From Ramazzottius varieornatus (taxonomy: Eukaryota; Animalia; Tardigrada), in the NCBI GenBank assembly GCA_001949185.1, contig BDGG01000001.1, positions 8,031,067-8,095,066 on the forward strand: a stretch of DNA of 64,000 bases, in the 5' to 3' direction. Below the pieces are notes generated by a model. That model did not search any database, had not been told where the DNA came from, and saw only the letters and a program-made list of their open reading frames with translations. Below, in pieces: positions 36,160 to 48,069 of this stretch. The first letter of the stretch is position 1. Each line of letters begins with the position of its first letter. A program made the position numbers and the translations under genes.

Positions 36160-37488
36160 TCGTACCGAAAAAGGAGATTGCTTCTCAGAAGGTGAGTTGA
36201 GTGACACACCGAGAGGATAACAATGCTGATTTTTCATTCACAGGAATGGTGCAGAACCGGTGTTTGTTTTTCGGGATTAAAAACAAATACCCGGCAAAAG
36301 ATGCTAACAACTATTTGCTTAACTTCGACCATAACATCGTCCAAGAAGTGCGATCCGGTCAGAAAATAAAGGGAGGGTGGGTGTTTAAGATGAAACATCT
36401 GAACGACCAACGAACGAACGTAGTAAGTTTGCTAACCTCTAAGCCTAATTTAAGAGCCTTTCAATTTCGAGCACCAACACCCCAATTTTTCTGATTGCAG
36501 TATCGATTACTCGACCAGTGCGGCGTTTCAGAGCAAAGAGAATTTTCACTCTGAGGTTCAAAGCACACCCGACTTGCCAGCAATTATCGCAAAACGATTG
36601 ACTACGGACATGCTCGGATCGCTGATATCCTGGAAGTCCCAGTTTTACAACGAGTAACAAAGATTTACCTTCCACCAAAAACTGTAATACAGTATCCAGC
36701 TTGAATTTTAGATACTGCACAAAGAACAATAAACTGGTGGACGAGAAGCCAGTCGAGCACCGTAACTTGATGGACGACAACAAAACGTTTTGCTTCGCAC
36801 CGTCGCTGTTCTTTGAGATAATTGATGGAAAGATCGTCAAGATTGATCGCAGATCCTCGGAGTATGTGTGGGTGAAGTCATTAACGGTCCTTGTTCCCCT
36901 AGAAGCGCACACTGAACCGGAAGAAGGAAGCGTGCTGGAAATTATCCGACGAAAGCTAGAAGCAGATGGCATGGACGATCTGTTCATATGCTACTTACTG
37001 ACCTGCGGTAAGCAACACTATTGCCTATATCTTTAACAATATGTCTGAATTATTAAGTGGTTATCTTCCGCAAAACAGCCATGTTCTCTTCCTTTCTCAG
37101 GTCATACAGCAGTTCTTAGTCTTCACTACAGTGCCATCTTGGAGAAGTTCAAGCACGTGCCTGCTTTAATCGTGACGGGGAATAGGAACACCGGGAAAAC
37201 TCAGTCGACTGAGCTCTCGCTGTCCTTTCTTGGAACGAACGCGGACAGCCTTTGTGTCGCGAAAGAATTCTCGCTGCCCGCCCTCTGACAGCAATGTGCT
37301 GAGGAGCCCTTTCCGTTGGTTGTGCATGACTGCAGCGACAGCAATACGGTGGCCACAGCCATACACGAAAGTTACGAGGGGAAGCCTACCATGAAGTTCA
37401 GCGAAGATGTGAAAAAGAAGAGCCAGTCATCAAAGACCAGCATAGCCTTCACGTGGAACGAAAAACAAATGGAGTACTTGCGCACAAG
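36160..37488 (+). pseudogene. Spliced P-loop NTPase gene, SF3-helicase-like; one in-frame stop at 37286-37288
   Basis: Exons ~36244-36422, 36501-36653, 36712-37007 and 37101-37488; the last three are phase-compatible. The last exon has LHY...VPALIVTGNRNTGKT (Walker A, 37178-37201), PLVVHD (Walker B) and SIAFTWN (motif C/sensor-like), about 40 aa apart. Confidence 0.7.
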
Positions 37489-39159
37489 GTAGGTTGGAAT
37501 CCGTTAAATTGCTATATGTGGCGACTAGATACCCCGAAAGGCCTAAAGCAGAGAACCGAAGATGCGACGAATGCCGTGCAGCCCTTTAGACCGCGCCGGT
37601 GAACCGATATCATCTGATGCCTTCTTCGCAGGTCTTTATCGCGTTATATTCAACCAAACGAAGCTGTCCTAATACTCTAGTTTATCCGCCTCAAACTTAG
37701 TTGACAGGTGATTTAAGCCATCTAATGTCTTAGATTGACTGTTTATGATTATTTTGCCTGAAAAGCTCACTGGAACATTTTTTCGCTCCCAAAACAGTCA
37801 ATATCTGTCCAGTTTTCCGAGTTTGCAGTCTTTCCACTAGTTGAAATATTTGATCGTATTCTTTCCTGTGAACGTGTTTACATATGATCGTGCTGGCTCG
37901 AATGTGGAGCAACATATTGGTCAGAATATACCTGCGACAGACGGGTGGTAGGCACGACACAAAACAGCAAACAGTTAACAAAGATCGGTATGAATCTTTG
38001 ACATGTTGGGCGGGACTTAGAGCTGCTCAAGTCAGCTCGCGCCCGGGCGACATGAAAACCCACTTGAGCCAAGTTCGCTGTCGGGAACTTACTATGTAAG
38101 TTTCACGATTCGGTGCACAGTTTTGCGCGTTACAGTGCCATACTTCATCGCACTTCTCTCTGAAGAAAACCCCGGGAACAAAAACACGGAAACAAAAACA
38201 ATAGGTGATTTCAAACTGTAGCGGGAAAACACCAGCGAACTGTTACCGGCCTGAAGAACTATGCTATTGTATTTCCCCTATGATATCGTGGCAGGAAACA
38301 TGAGGGCTTAATCTTTCTAATGTAGATGGCTCGATTATCAATGGCGTCGACACAATCAGGATTTGTACCTGATAATAAAACAAAACCACCACCAGCCACG
38401 TTACAGTTTTGTAACGTACATGTAGACAACCAGCAGACGGATCAATGAATGCTTGACATCTAAACGCCGCTTCTGTTCGGTAAGCCTTAATGGTTAGCGG
38501 GAAATCTACAAGGCTCGATTAATTCGCTTCGGTTTTCAAGGTGAATTATCTGCTTATCCTTGCAACAATGACGGTTTCTATCATCGTCGTCAACGGGTTT
38601 TTTAGAAAATGTGCTGTCCGCGCCATTGGGAATCTATTCAAACCGCCAAAACGTGAGACAACTCATTCCTCACAAAGTTTTGCTTTGGGGTAGAAACCTC
38701 CCGCTGCCGTCATTTCACATTACCATATTGTGTATTTCTGCAGCACGTCCGAACAACCTCGGAAGAATCATCTCTCGTCCAAGACCACGTCCAGAGAAGA
38801 CGCTGCTCCTTATATCTCCTGCCAGCTCTGTCAACAGTATCTCGGACGAAGCCAAGACTGCCAAACCATCGGGTGTTGTTAAAGCCGCAACATGGGTGGC
38901 AAAGGCTGCGGGTACTGGTGCAGCGACCGGAATGGTAGAATGGTGGAAAGGTTGCGGTGCATGCGGGAGTGGAAGCAATCCAGAGAGCCAGAGCAGCCAA
39001 GCTTGACCTAGAGGCGACAACTGCTATTGCATTTCCCCTGAAGGAGGCTGGTCGTATTTCCTCCAATACAACCGACAAAGAGGTGAATTCTCAGAGCATA
39101 AGCCTGTAGTAGTACGTAGCGTTTTTGTCAATCGTCGATTAAGCGTTGCTCTTCATCAG

Positions 39160-39679
39160 GTTGACGATGCAGGTAGACTGTACCAAGAAGAATGGAAAGA
39201 AGATGACCCAGAAGAGGAAGACGAGGAAGAGGATGACGATGAGCAAGAGGACGAAGGGGAGGTTGACGAAGAAGGGATGGGGAAGAAGACAACTTGCGAG
39301 AAAGTCGTGAAGACAGCGCGGAAGCACCTATGGCGGAATGGCACCAGGAAAATTACGAGAATACTGTCCAAAACGAGCCCTTCTACGGACAGATCTACAA
39401 TCAGCTCTTCCACCACAACTCATTAGTCTGAACGATCGTTCAACCACGTCAATTGTCACGTCGACTGCGGCTCCGGAATGCAGTTCGAAGTCACTAGCAT
39501 TGAGTCTTATTGTGGGTCTGTGTGTGGTGGCGTTCCTCGTTCTCGTGGCTATGGCCGCTTTAATTGGCGCGTTCATCTATAAGTGGAAAATCCAAAATGC
39601 TGATTGCAAAATGCAGAAGGACGTAGAGAAGCAGAAAAAAGAACCTGACAACATCTCCCTTTATACTCTTAAGCACTAA
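39160..39679 (+). pseudogene. Frameshifted exon of a single-pass membrane protein (acidic tract, Ser/Thr stalk, TM helix, basic tail)
   Basis: TTCATCAG acceptor; EEWKEDDPEEEDEEEDDDEQEDEGE; then, in a shifted frame, STTSIVTST...LALSLIVGLCVVAFLVLVAMAALIGAFIY-KWK. Confidence 0.5.
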
Positions 39680-40148
39680 ACATACTGCGCAACGCATTCC
39701 AGCCGAAAATGCGATGCTAATAAGATGCTTCTTTACTTCGATTTCCAAGATTATCCTTTGTAATGAAACTGTCTTAACTGTTGCTTAACCAGGCGAAACT
39801 TTTTTTCTCGAAAATACATGGCTGGTCACAGCAAAGAGACTGACAGTAGACAAAGAAAAAATGCATAACCGATATGGTCAACCTTTAGAGGGAATCGGCG
39901 TGTGGTTTACGCGGTCGTGACAGCTGGGCGCGTCTTCGTGAGAACTCATGTGTAATGCACCTGTTAAATGGAAGGTGGGCATATCTTCTTGGGTGATGCA
40001 ATTCCGTACGCTTATTCCGGTCACTAGGTAAGAATGAAGGCTAGATAAATTACATCGACGTTATTTTCCCCCATCCTGTTTCTATGACCAGCTAACGCTG
40101 TCAGCTTGGCTCAGAGGTGGTGTTGGTCACAAGACCTACCCCAAGAGC

Positions 40149-40601
40149 TTGAAGAAGCGATACACGGGATGCGTACTGGTTGTCGACGAATGGTACCAGT
40201 CAGTCGAGAAGAAAGGTGTTCCGGATCGATTCGAAGGACAAAAACTGAGGGACATCTTCCCTGTGACAGATTCAGAAGTCCTGCAAGTCATCGCTAAGAT
40301 GGGTTTAATCGATCTACGGATCAGCGAAGCCCAGTGTTACGACGGACAAGATAGGAAGTACTATGAAAGGATGAAGACGAAGAGGCCGTTCTTCGACAGT
40401 CCTGTTCGGATCGTGGCCCAAGGTGACAATGGAAAGAAGGCACAAAAAAACAGCAAAATCAACTCCCCCCTAGTGTCCAACTCCATCGCCGTCAACATGA
40501 ACTTCGTCTATCCAAGACACAAGTTGGCCATGCAAACCTATGGACGAGGCTACGGAATCACCCAGATGTGGTGCTATGGGAAGGTGTCAATTGAACACTA
40601 A
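40149..40601 (+). CDS. Unknown protein-coding block (150 aa open frame), probably a terminal exon
   Basis: Open frame with globular-protein-like composition followed by an AT-rich 3' region; no motif recognised. Confidence 0.35.
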   Translation: MKKRYTGCVLVVDEWYQSVEKKGVPDRFEGQKLRDIFPVTDSEVLQVIAKMGLIDLRISEAQCYDGQDRKYYERMKTKRPFFDSPVRIVAQGDNGKKAQKNSKINSPLVSNSIAVNMNFVYPRHKLAMQTYGRGYGITQMWCYGKVSIEH

Positions 40602-41129
40602 TTATTTTTTATACTTTAATTTACACATCTGTGATCCTAATTTATATATATTCCTATCCGTCTGCTTTTTGTACGGTCTTATGCTCGATGGTCTGTGGTT
40701 CGAATCGTCTGAAATTGTTTTGCGGATTTCGGAACACTCCAGCTGGGTGACACGTGCGGTTTTCATTGTTTTTTATTTTGGATCAAATTTATGAAAAATT
40801 TTTCGGTTTCGAGAACCATTTTGCATGCACTGCACAATACGCTTTGCCTATCTATGTAAGGTTTTCTAAGCTTAACCAACCAGGAAGTAAAGACGTATAT
40901 TACTCCAGTCTGCGTGTGCCTAACCTTGAAATCTAGTCTCACAGCAGCCCGGGTCAAATCTTACATACCTGCAACCTGGGCTGAGAAGCGCAAACGCAAA
41001 TCTATTAGCGTGAGAACGGGGATGATGAAACGAAAAACTGAAGCCGATCTTGTAGCGTCCTATCTTCCCGTGTGAAGCGTGAGCGCGAAGCAGATGTATC
41101 TTCAGATAAAACTAGCAAGCAGATAAGCT

Positions 41130-44100
41130 GAAGTGGGCTCTACCGCTTGAAACAAAACAGTGCCCTCGGTGTGACGTTACTCTGTTTTGTTCTGATGCGG
41201 ATTCTTTGTGCGGCGGCCCAACCTTAAGGAGAAAGGAAACGTTGATCGAGCCACCTGACGTACCGCCTGCGTGGATCGCGCTGTGCATGATCACTGCTTT
41301 TGCAACACATTGTCGTCAATACAATAATCATTTTGCGCTCAGTGCGATTGCGTCAACGCACGGTATAGATCGGGTTCTTGGCGGTCCGTCGAACTTAATC
41401 CTGCACGACAAAACATACCATCGTATTTCACCCGGGCAGTACGAAACAGGACCTTTGCGGATTTTTTATGTGCGACGGGCTGAACGGAAACAACGACGAA
41501 CTGGAATTAGATGACAGCTGGGTAACAACCTACGCGAGGAACTCTCACATATCAGTCCATTCTGGAATAATTTGAAGTCCCTATCGAAAGAAACTGCAAA
41601 ATTTGCCAGATTAGAACTTACAGTTACTGGTGCTCGTGAGATTGCTGCTCTGATTGTTGTTGATCCGGTGAAACCCATCAGTGCAAACACTATTGTTTAC
41701 TGGCTTCAAACGAAGAGTGCACCTGTTTTCATCAACTCTAAGTCAGGACTCCATTTTCCACTACAGTACGTACTTTTTGCGCCACACGGAGAACCCGGAT
41801 GGAATGAGGACGTCAAGCACAACTTAGTCAGTTGGCGTATTACAGACAGCTTTTAATGCGACACAAACCAATGCATATGCTCGGTCCTCTGCTAAACGAA
41901 TTTCTGGTCGATATCTTCAGTGCAGTTGAAACCAACCGTTTAGACTTTCAGCGCAAACAGCAAAAGCGAGTTGTCCGAAAAGGTGACCTGTCGAAATTGA
42001 GGAGCGATGAGACTATCAGTGGGGTGTTCAACGGGATGTTCAAATTGGAAGAGTGTACCTCTCGTCTAGTTTCCTTGGGTCGCCGCGTCATCAGCAAAAG
42101 TTAGTGGTCGATGCTTTAGCTATCGTCAAGCGATTCGGCAATCCGACGTTCTTTATTACAATGTCTTGCAACCCTAAATGGCCAGAGATCATGGACCAAC
42201 TTCTACCTGGACAGACAGCAGCCGATAGACCTGATATAACGGTTCGGATGTTCCATGGAAAACTTTCACAGTTGTTCGAGCTCATTCCGAAAGCAGTAAA
42301 GTGTGGCAAAATAATATATCGAATACATGTGATTGAGTTCCAGAAACGAGGCTTGCCGCATGCTCACATTGCTATCAAAACACAGAAAGAACCCGTTACC
42401 GTCGACGAGATTGATCAAGTGATTAGCGGATGTGTACCGCATGATAATGCGCAGTTGAAAGGAATAATTGAATCCTTATATAAACATTCGTGCCGACCGG
42501 AACGATGTCATAAGAAGCAGAAGAATGCGGACCGGTACAAACAACCTCGCAGACCTCTCACGAACAACAGTTACATTGACGATGCTGGATATGTACCGTA
42601 TAAGCGTCTGACAGAACAAGACCGGTTAGTTGTAACGTACGACCCGGAACTGACCTATGCACAGACTGACACATAAACGTCGACATCTCCCACACCGTTC
42701 TGCTCATTGTGTACTTATATAAGTACTTTTACAAAGGAATGGATCGTGCAAAGTTGAAGCTTACGTTGTTGATGAGATCGCCGAATACCAAGATTCTCGC
42801 TACCTTTCAGCATCCGAAGCTGCTTGGAGATTCTTTGGTTTTGAAACCACCAGGAGGATACCATCGGTGGATAATTATGTCGTGCATATGGAAAAAGGGA
42901 ACTATGTAGTATACAACAAAGGAAACGAAGACTCCGCTTTGGAATGTATCTCATAGTTAGAACGATACTTCCTACGTCCTGAGGATCCCATTTTTGACAG
43001 CATAACTTATCTGCAGTATTATGAACAACACATCGTCGGTAACGTTATGCCTAGCAAAAAAATTCAGGGCTGTCTAACAGTTTTCAAGAATGATGCAAAA
43101 GACGGAAAGAAGTGCTAAGTGTACGCGCGTCAGTCTATACACGTCGCCAGAATGGACATCAAGCGACTTAGTGCTGGTGAAGTATATTTCCTTCGGATGT
43201 CATTGGACCGGCGACCAGCACGTTCCTATGATGATCTGCGCACTGTTGACGGTATCTACTACAGTACCTTTTCCGAGGCTGCCGTTTCAATGGGCCTGGT
43301 TGCTAAAAATGGTGAGGCTGACCTTCGTATGCAGGAAGCAATCGAATGTCTTCGATCGCCCGCTCAACTTCGTAGTTTGTTTGTATTACTTATAAACGAA
43401 GGAGCTCCTGCCGCTGACCTATACTGCAGATTTCTGACGCAACTCGCAAAAGATTTTACCGCTAACCATAGCCTGCCGGAGCAAGAAGCAGAAAACAATG
43501 TTCTCACAGATATCTCAATGTAATTAGAGTGTCTTGGAAAGTCAAACACAGATTTCGGACTAGCTGAGCCATTAAACCGAAGTACCGAGTTAAATCGAAT
43601 AAAGCTTCAGTTCAACAGAGACCACTGCATGCAGCAGTTCAATGAAAAGGTTTCTTTCCTCAATAACAAGCAGGTGAAATTTTTGACTACAGTGTGTCGA
43701 AAACTGGATAACTCAGAAGCCGGCCTCATATTTCTGAATGAACTAGCTGGACGCGGAAAAACATACGTTTGCAACCTCTTACTAAACTACGTCAGAGGGC
43801 AAGGGCAAGTGGCATTAGCTTGCGCCAGTTCCGCAATTGCAGCTATGAATTACCCCGGCGGTCGAACAGCCTATAATATTTTCAAGATTCCAGTTAAAGA
43901 AGACTACCTGGACCTGACAGAAATACAGTGTGACGTATTACCGACTGGAGAACGTGCAGAACTGTTGCGTGAATGTCGACTGGTGATATGGGATGAATTT
44001 TCCATGATGCATCGCACAAACTTCAAACCAGTACTGAAAATGCTTCGGAACATCAGACGCGACCGAATCCAGCAGCGTGATGTTTAGGAGACTTCAGACA

Positions 44101-45020
44101 AATACCACCAGTCATAAAATTTGGGACGATAAAATCTGAGACTGTATGAGATACGATAATGTTAAGCTCTAGCACTTCACCTCACTTCCACAGGTTCGAC
44201 CTTACTATACCTGTGCGACAATCTCAAGACTTGCCATACGCCGAAATGTTGGACATGATAGGAGATGGAACGATCGCCGAAAACGAAGAAGTAATACTGG
44301 AACTGATCAACACAACAACAGAATTAAATACCCTAATTGATTTTATCTACCCCGACCTACGTACCAAAGGTCACGCGGATACAATTTCTACCGCCATTCT
44401 CAGTTTACGCAACGCCGTCGTCGATTATATCAACTCAGTCATCTGTTCGTATTTGCCATCGAACTACATCGATCTGTTTAGTCATAATTCACTGATTGAT
44501 GACAGCGACACCGACCTACAAAACCTGGGTATCAGTGAAGAATTCCTGAACACCATATCCAAGCCCAACACGCCACCGCATACATTGCGACTCAAAGAAG
44601 GGATGCATTGTTATCTCCTTAGAAACCTTTCACCGGACGATGGATTGCTCAGCGATACCAAGATCAAAATTCAAAAGATAACGCGACAACTGATAACAGC
44701 TGAACTAATCAGTACAAAAGATGTGATACTTATCCCACGAATTACGTTTGAACTAGATTTTCCCGGAAACAAATTGAAAATCAACCGTAAGCAATTTCCA
44801 ATCAGGTGTGGCTACTGCAAAACCTACAACAGGTCTCAAGGAGACACTCTTTAAAAACGCGAACTCGATCTCCGGGAACCGCCATTCAAAAATGGTCAGT
44901 TATATTTTGGAGCTAGCAGAACTCAGACTCGCCACACCCGTATGGCTTTATGTTTACCGGGAAATATCACAGACAATGGTCATCCACGAACAGTAAACAC
45001 TGTGTATCCAGAACTGTTAC
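41130..45020 (+). pseudogene. Helitron RepHel: N-terminal Cys motif, HUH Rep endonuclease, Pif1-family helicase; multiple frameshifts and stops
   Basis: CPRC..., RQYNNHFAL, SSFLGSPR, FITMSCNPKWPEI, DRPD, VIEFQKRGLPHAHI, YLYKYFYKG, AGRGKT, IWDEFSM, GDFRQIPPV, IPRI, FPIRCGYCKTYNRSQG, GQLYFGASR. Confidence 0.95.
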
Positions 45021-45059
45021 TCGAATACTTCGAAACCTAAGAAACACAAAGTACGGCAG

Positions 45060-45557
45060 AACAAAAAAACTTGACACACCTTCTCACAACCACAACGACA
45101 GAACACCCGCACGCAAGCCACCTCTGCCAAACCTTGCGCGTGAACAAGCGCTTACTAGAAAAATTCCTCGAAGATCACGACCTTCGCATCGTTCCTGTCA
45201 TAGGAGACAGGGAGTGTCTGTATCGTACAATATCATACTTTTTGTTTGACCAGAACCAGTCCCATAGTAGAAGAATTTCAAGAGCATGCAGAAAGATACC
45301 AAGATTTCTTGGCAGCCAACCACGATAACGAAGAACCCAATATGGACGAACTCATCGAAGCATTTTCCACACCGGGCACGTGGGGATCTCAAATCTTCCT
45401 AACAGCAGCGGCCAACATATATTTGTTTGATCACACTATATTTTTTTCTGGTCACAAACTGGAATCTGATAAACATCCAAATTACAATTATGATACTCTC
45501 TTCAATGATAATCTCATGTCTAACTGCGGTCATTACAGTGCCACCCACGATCGATAA
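45060..45557 (+). pseudogene. OTU-like cysteine protease domain following the helicase
   Basis: VIGDRECLYRTISYFLF (D..C-L-Y-R), GTWGSQIFLTAAAN and GHY; split by a frameshift. Confidence 0.75.
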
Positions 45558-46080
45558 CATTAGTGATGCCATCTTCAGTACAGATACTACAGTATTCACT
45601 ATGGTTACACTGACAACACATACTATATTCTCTCCGGAAATGGATGTAAGTCACTCAATCCAAAATGTGAAACTGCAGATATGGTCGGTAGGCGGTAGCT
45701 CAAGCGATTGAAACAGCTGTGACGCCACAGGATTCAATCAATCCAATCAATCCGGAGAGTTCACATTTTGCTTGGTTCAGTTATGAAATCAGCTGTTCAG
45801 TGAATGACTCGCACAGACAGTGAAAGCTGTCCGTAAATACGTCAAGATCTGACGCCATGCTGGATTTGTATAACAGCTACGCTAATACTCTAGTGAACCA
45901 GATATCAGTGACGTACATCCATTTCCGCAGAGAATACAGTAAACATCGAACCCGCCATATCGTGTTCGAAAGATTTCCACTGGCATGACCTTCTGGGCTG
46001 TTTCGAATAATCCGCTTCCGGAACTTTAATCTTCAATCTTCCATTCAACCATTATTCACGTTAACACCTGATGTCTTACC

Positions 46081-47290
46081 ATGGGTTCTAAGACCAAACC
46101 AGCTGTTTCTGCTGAAGCCAGTGCAAATAAAAAGACGAAACCAAATGATCCCACATATAATGACCACCACATTGTTCCACCGCCACTACCGCAACCACCA
46201 GCTTCCGGATCTAAAACCACTCCGGAACATGGTATCAACCTGCACGGAATACAGCCATTCTGCTTTGGTGGCGACGGCAAGCAACAGCCGAAAATTAATG
46301 CTACATGTCAGATCGTGGGCACTGCCGATGGTCCCAACGGATCTCTACATTTGGTCGGCTGGGACACTGAGCATGAATACTCCAGTTTGAAGTTCGCCAA
46401 CCAACCGCCTAAGCCAAGTACCGAATTGTTATGGTCCGTTGTCAGACTGAACAAGAAGAAGGGCCTTAGGTAAAACTTATCGCAACATAGTATACACAAA
46501 CTTGCCGCAATACGCAAGCCCAACGTTTCATCTTTAGAGTCCTAACATGATCCTAACCGATATCACCATTCTAAAAACCCCGCAAGATATGGCATTCAAG
46601 AAATTCAAGCCCAATCAGCATAAACTACCAGAAGCTGTCTGCCCAACCCTCAGTTCCATCAACGTAATGAAAAATAATCAGCTAGTGTAAGATCCGTACT
46701 CTCATATCGAACACCGACCATCTTCTCACGCAACTCTCTATCACAGTGACATCCAGCTACAGGTACAGAACGCATCAAACCTACAGGAACTAGGGGGAAG
46801 AACGCTTATCGTTACATGCTCACCGACAGAACTGACTCCATCAACCTCGTCGTTTGGGATAACCAATTCGATGGCTGGCCACTCCAAGCATTCGAAATGG
46901 GCAAGGTAGACTTCAACAACAGCAACAAATGCCTCTCAGAACGACTTGTGCGGTTTCACATGACTTTTACAGATACTTGACTTCAAACAAGTAAAGGTGA
47001 TCAATCGCCCCCAGTTACTCTATACTGCGACGAACCCACTGCAAATCCTCCGTATCAAGGACAGCACCGAAATCGTGATCGAAATGATGATCTCCCACCA
47101 GCCTTACCTCACTGAAAAGGAAGAAACCTACACGAAACTAGTACAAGTCACCCATGCCAACATAGCCCTAGACACCCGTAAGCAATCAACAAACTTCTGC
47201 CTAACTCTATCTGCATATGAGTATCGGCGGCCCAGTTTGCATCCCAACGTTTTTGGCTCCGAACTACCCTTTTTTGCCATGAAGTTGTGA
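46081..47290 (+). pseudogene. Spliced RPA70/SSB-like OB-fold gene carried by the Helitron
   Basis: Removing introns 46687-46746 and 46906-46972 and allowing one frameshift in a G run (~46793) gives SINVMKNNQLV|DIQLQVQNASNLQELG-KNAYRYMLTDRTDSINLVVWDNQ...FEMGK|ILDFKQVKV...ILRIKDSTEI. Confidence 0.6.
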
Positions 47291-47310
47291 GCAATATCCA
47301 GGGATATCGT

Positions 47311-47336
47311 GTGGCGAAGCCACCACGCTTCGCCAC
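47311..47336. repeat. Perfect 10-bp-stem hairpin GTGGCGAAGC-CACCAC-GCTTCGCCAC
   Basis: Directly visible, 21 bp after the last Helitron ORF; not followed by a canonical CTRR. Confidence 0.8.
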
Positions 47337-48069
47337 CGAAAAAAGTTTTAAAGAACTGGTCGCCCGTTTGGGAAGATTTCTTTGGAAATTCCAGGGGTGA
47401 CTAACAGCTATAAAATCCCAGTCTGGGGGTTTGGTGTCAGAACGATTGTGCGCGCATTTTTATGCTGTGCGACGTCATCGTGACGCCAAAAATTTTTCGG
47501 TCAAGAACTCGAACCCCATTTCCCTACAGAGCGTTGGGCTGCAAATTGGGCCGCCGACACCCATATATTTCTCAAATATTTCAAACCTTATCATTTGAAA
47601 TTGTTCAGGATCATTTGAACAGCTTGTATAAAGGTCGATGATGTTTCGGTTTATAGGTCCATCTTTACACCCGCAATAGATGCATGTATCTAAGTCTAAA
47701 GATTGCTTGGTGATAACCATGACCCGCTCATTACCCCCCACAAAACTAGAAAACCAGGGAAAAATATGTGAAAAATTAACGGTGGGTAATCTCAAAAATT
47801 CGGCTGCATCACCAACTCCGCCGTATTCCGTACGAGTTATGGTCGATTTTGGCGTATGATTGATATTATCGTTATTTAGACTCCTTTTCGCTTCTGCTCA
47901 AAGTTTTTCCCTGTGCTTCGTTCTCTGTTGTGCTACCTCGTCGAATACTGTTAGGAAGTGGTCGAACATCGAGTCAGGCACTGTTACTCGACAGTAAGGA
48001 AGGAATCTCAATCAGTGGGAGGTGGTGTTGTTTCCCGTCTAGCCTGGCTCAGTCAATCAATCAAACGGG

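Larger units (their letters stand above)
41100..47340 (+). mobile_element. Decayed autonomous Helitron (RepHel + OTU + RPA-like gene)
   Basis: Components are listed separately; a GC-rich hairpin at 47311-47336 is the candidate 3' terminal signal. The 5' end was not located. Confidence 0.8.

Noticed and set aside
36445-36987. 180-aa minus-strand ORF
   Set aside because: It is antisense to phase-compatible plus-strand exons of the NTPase gene.
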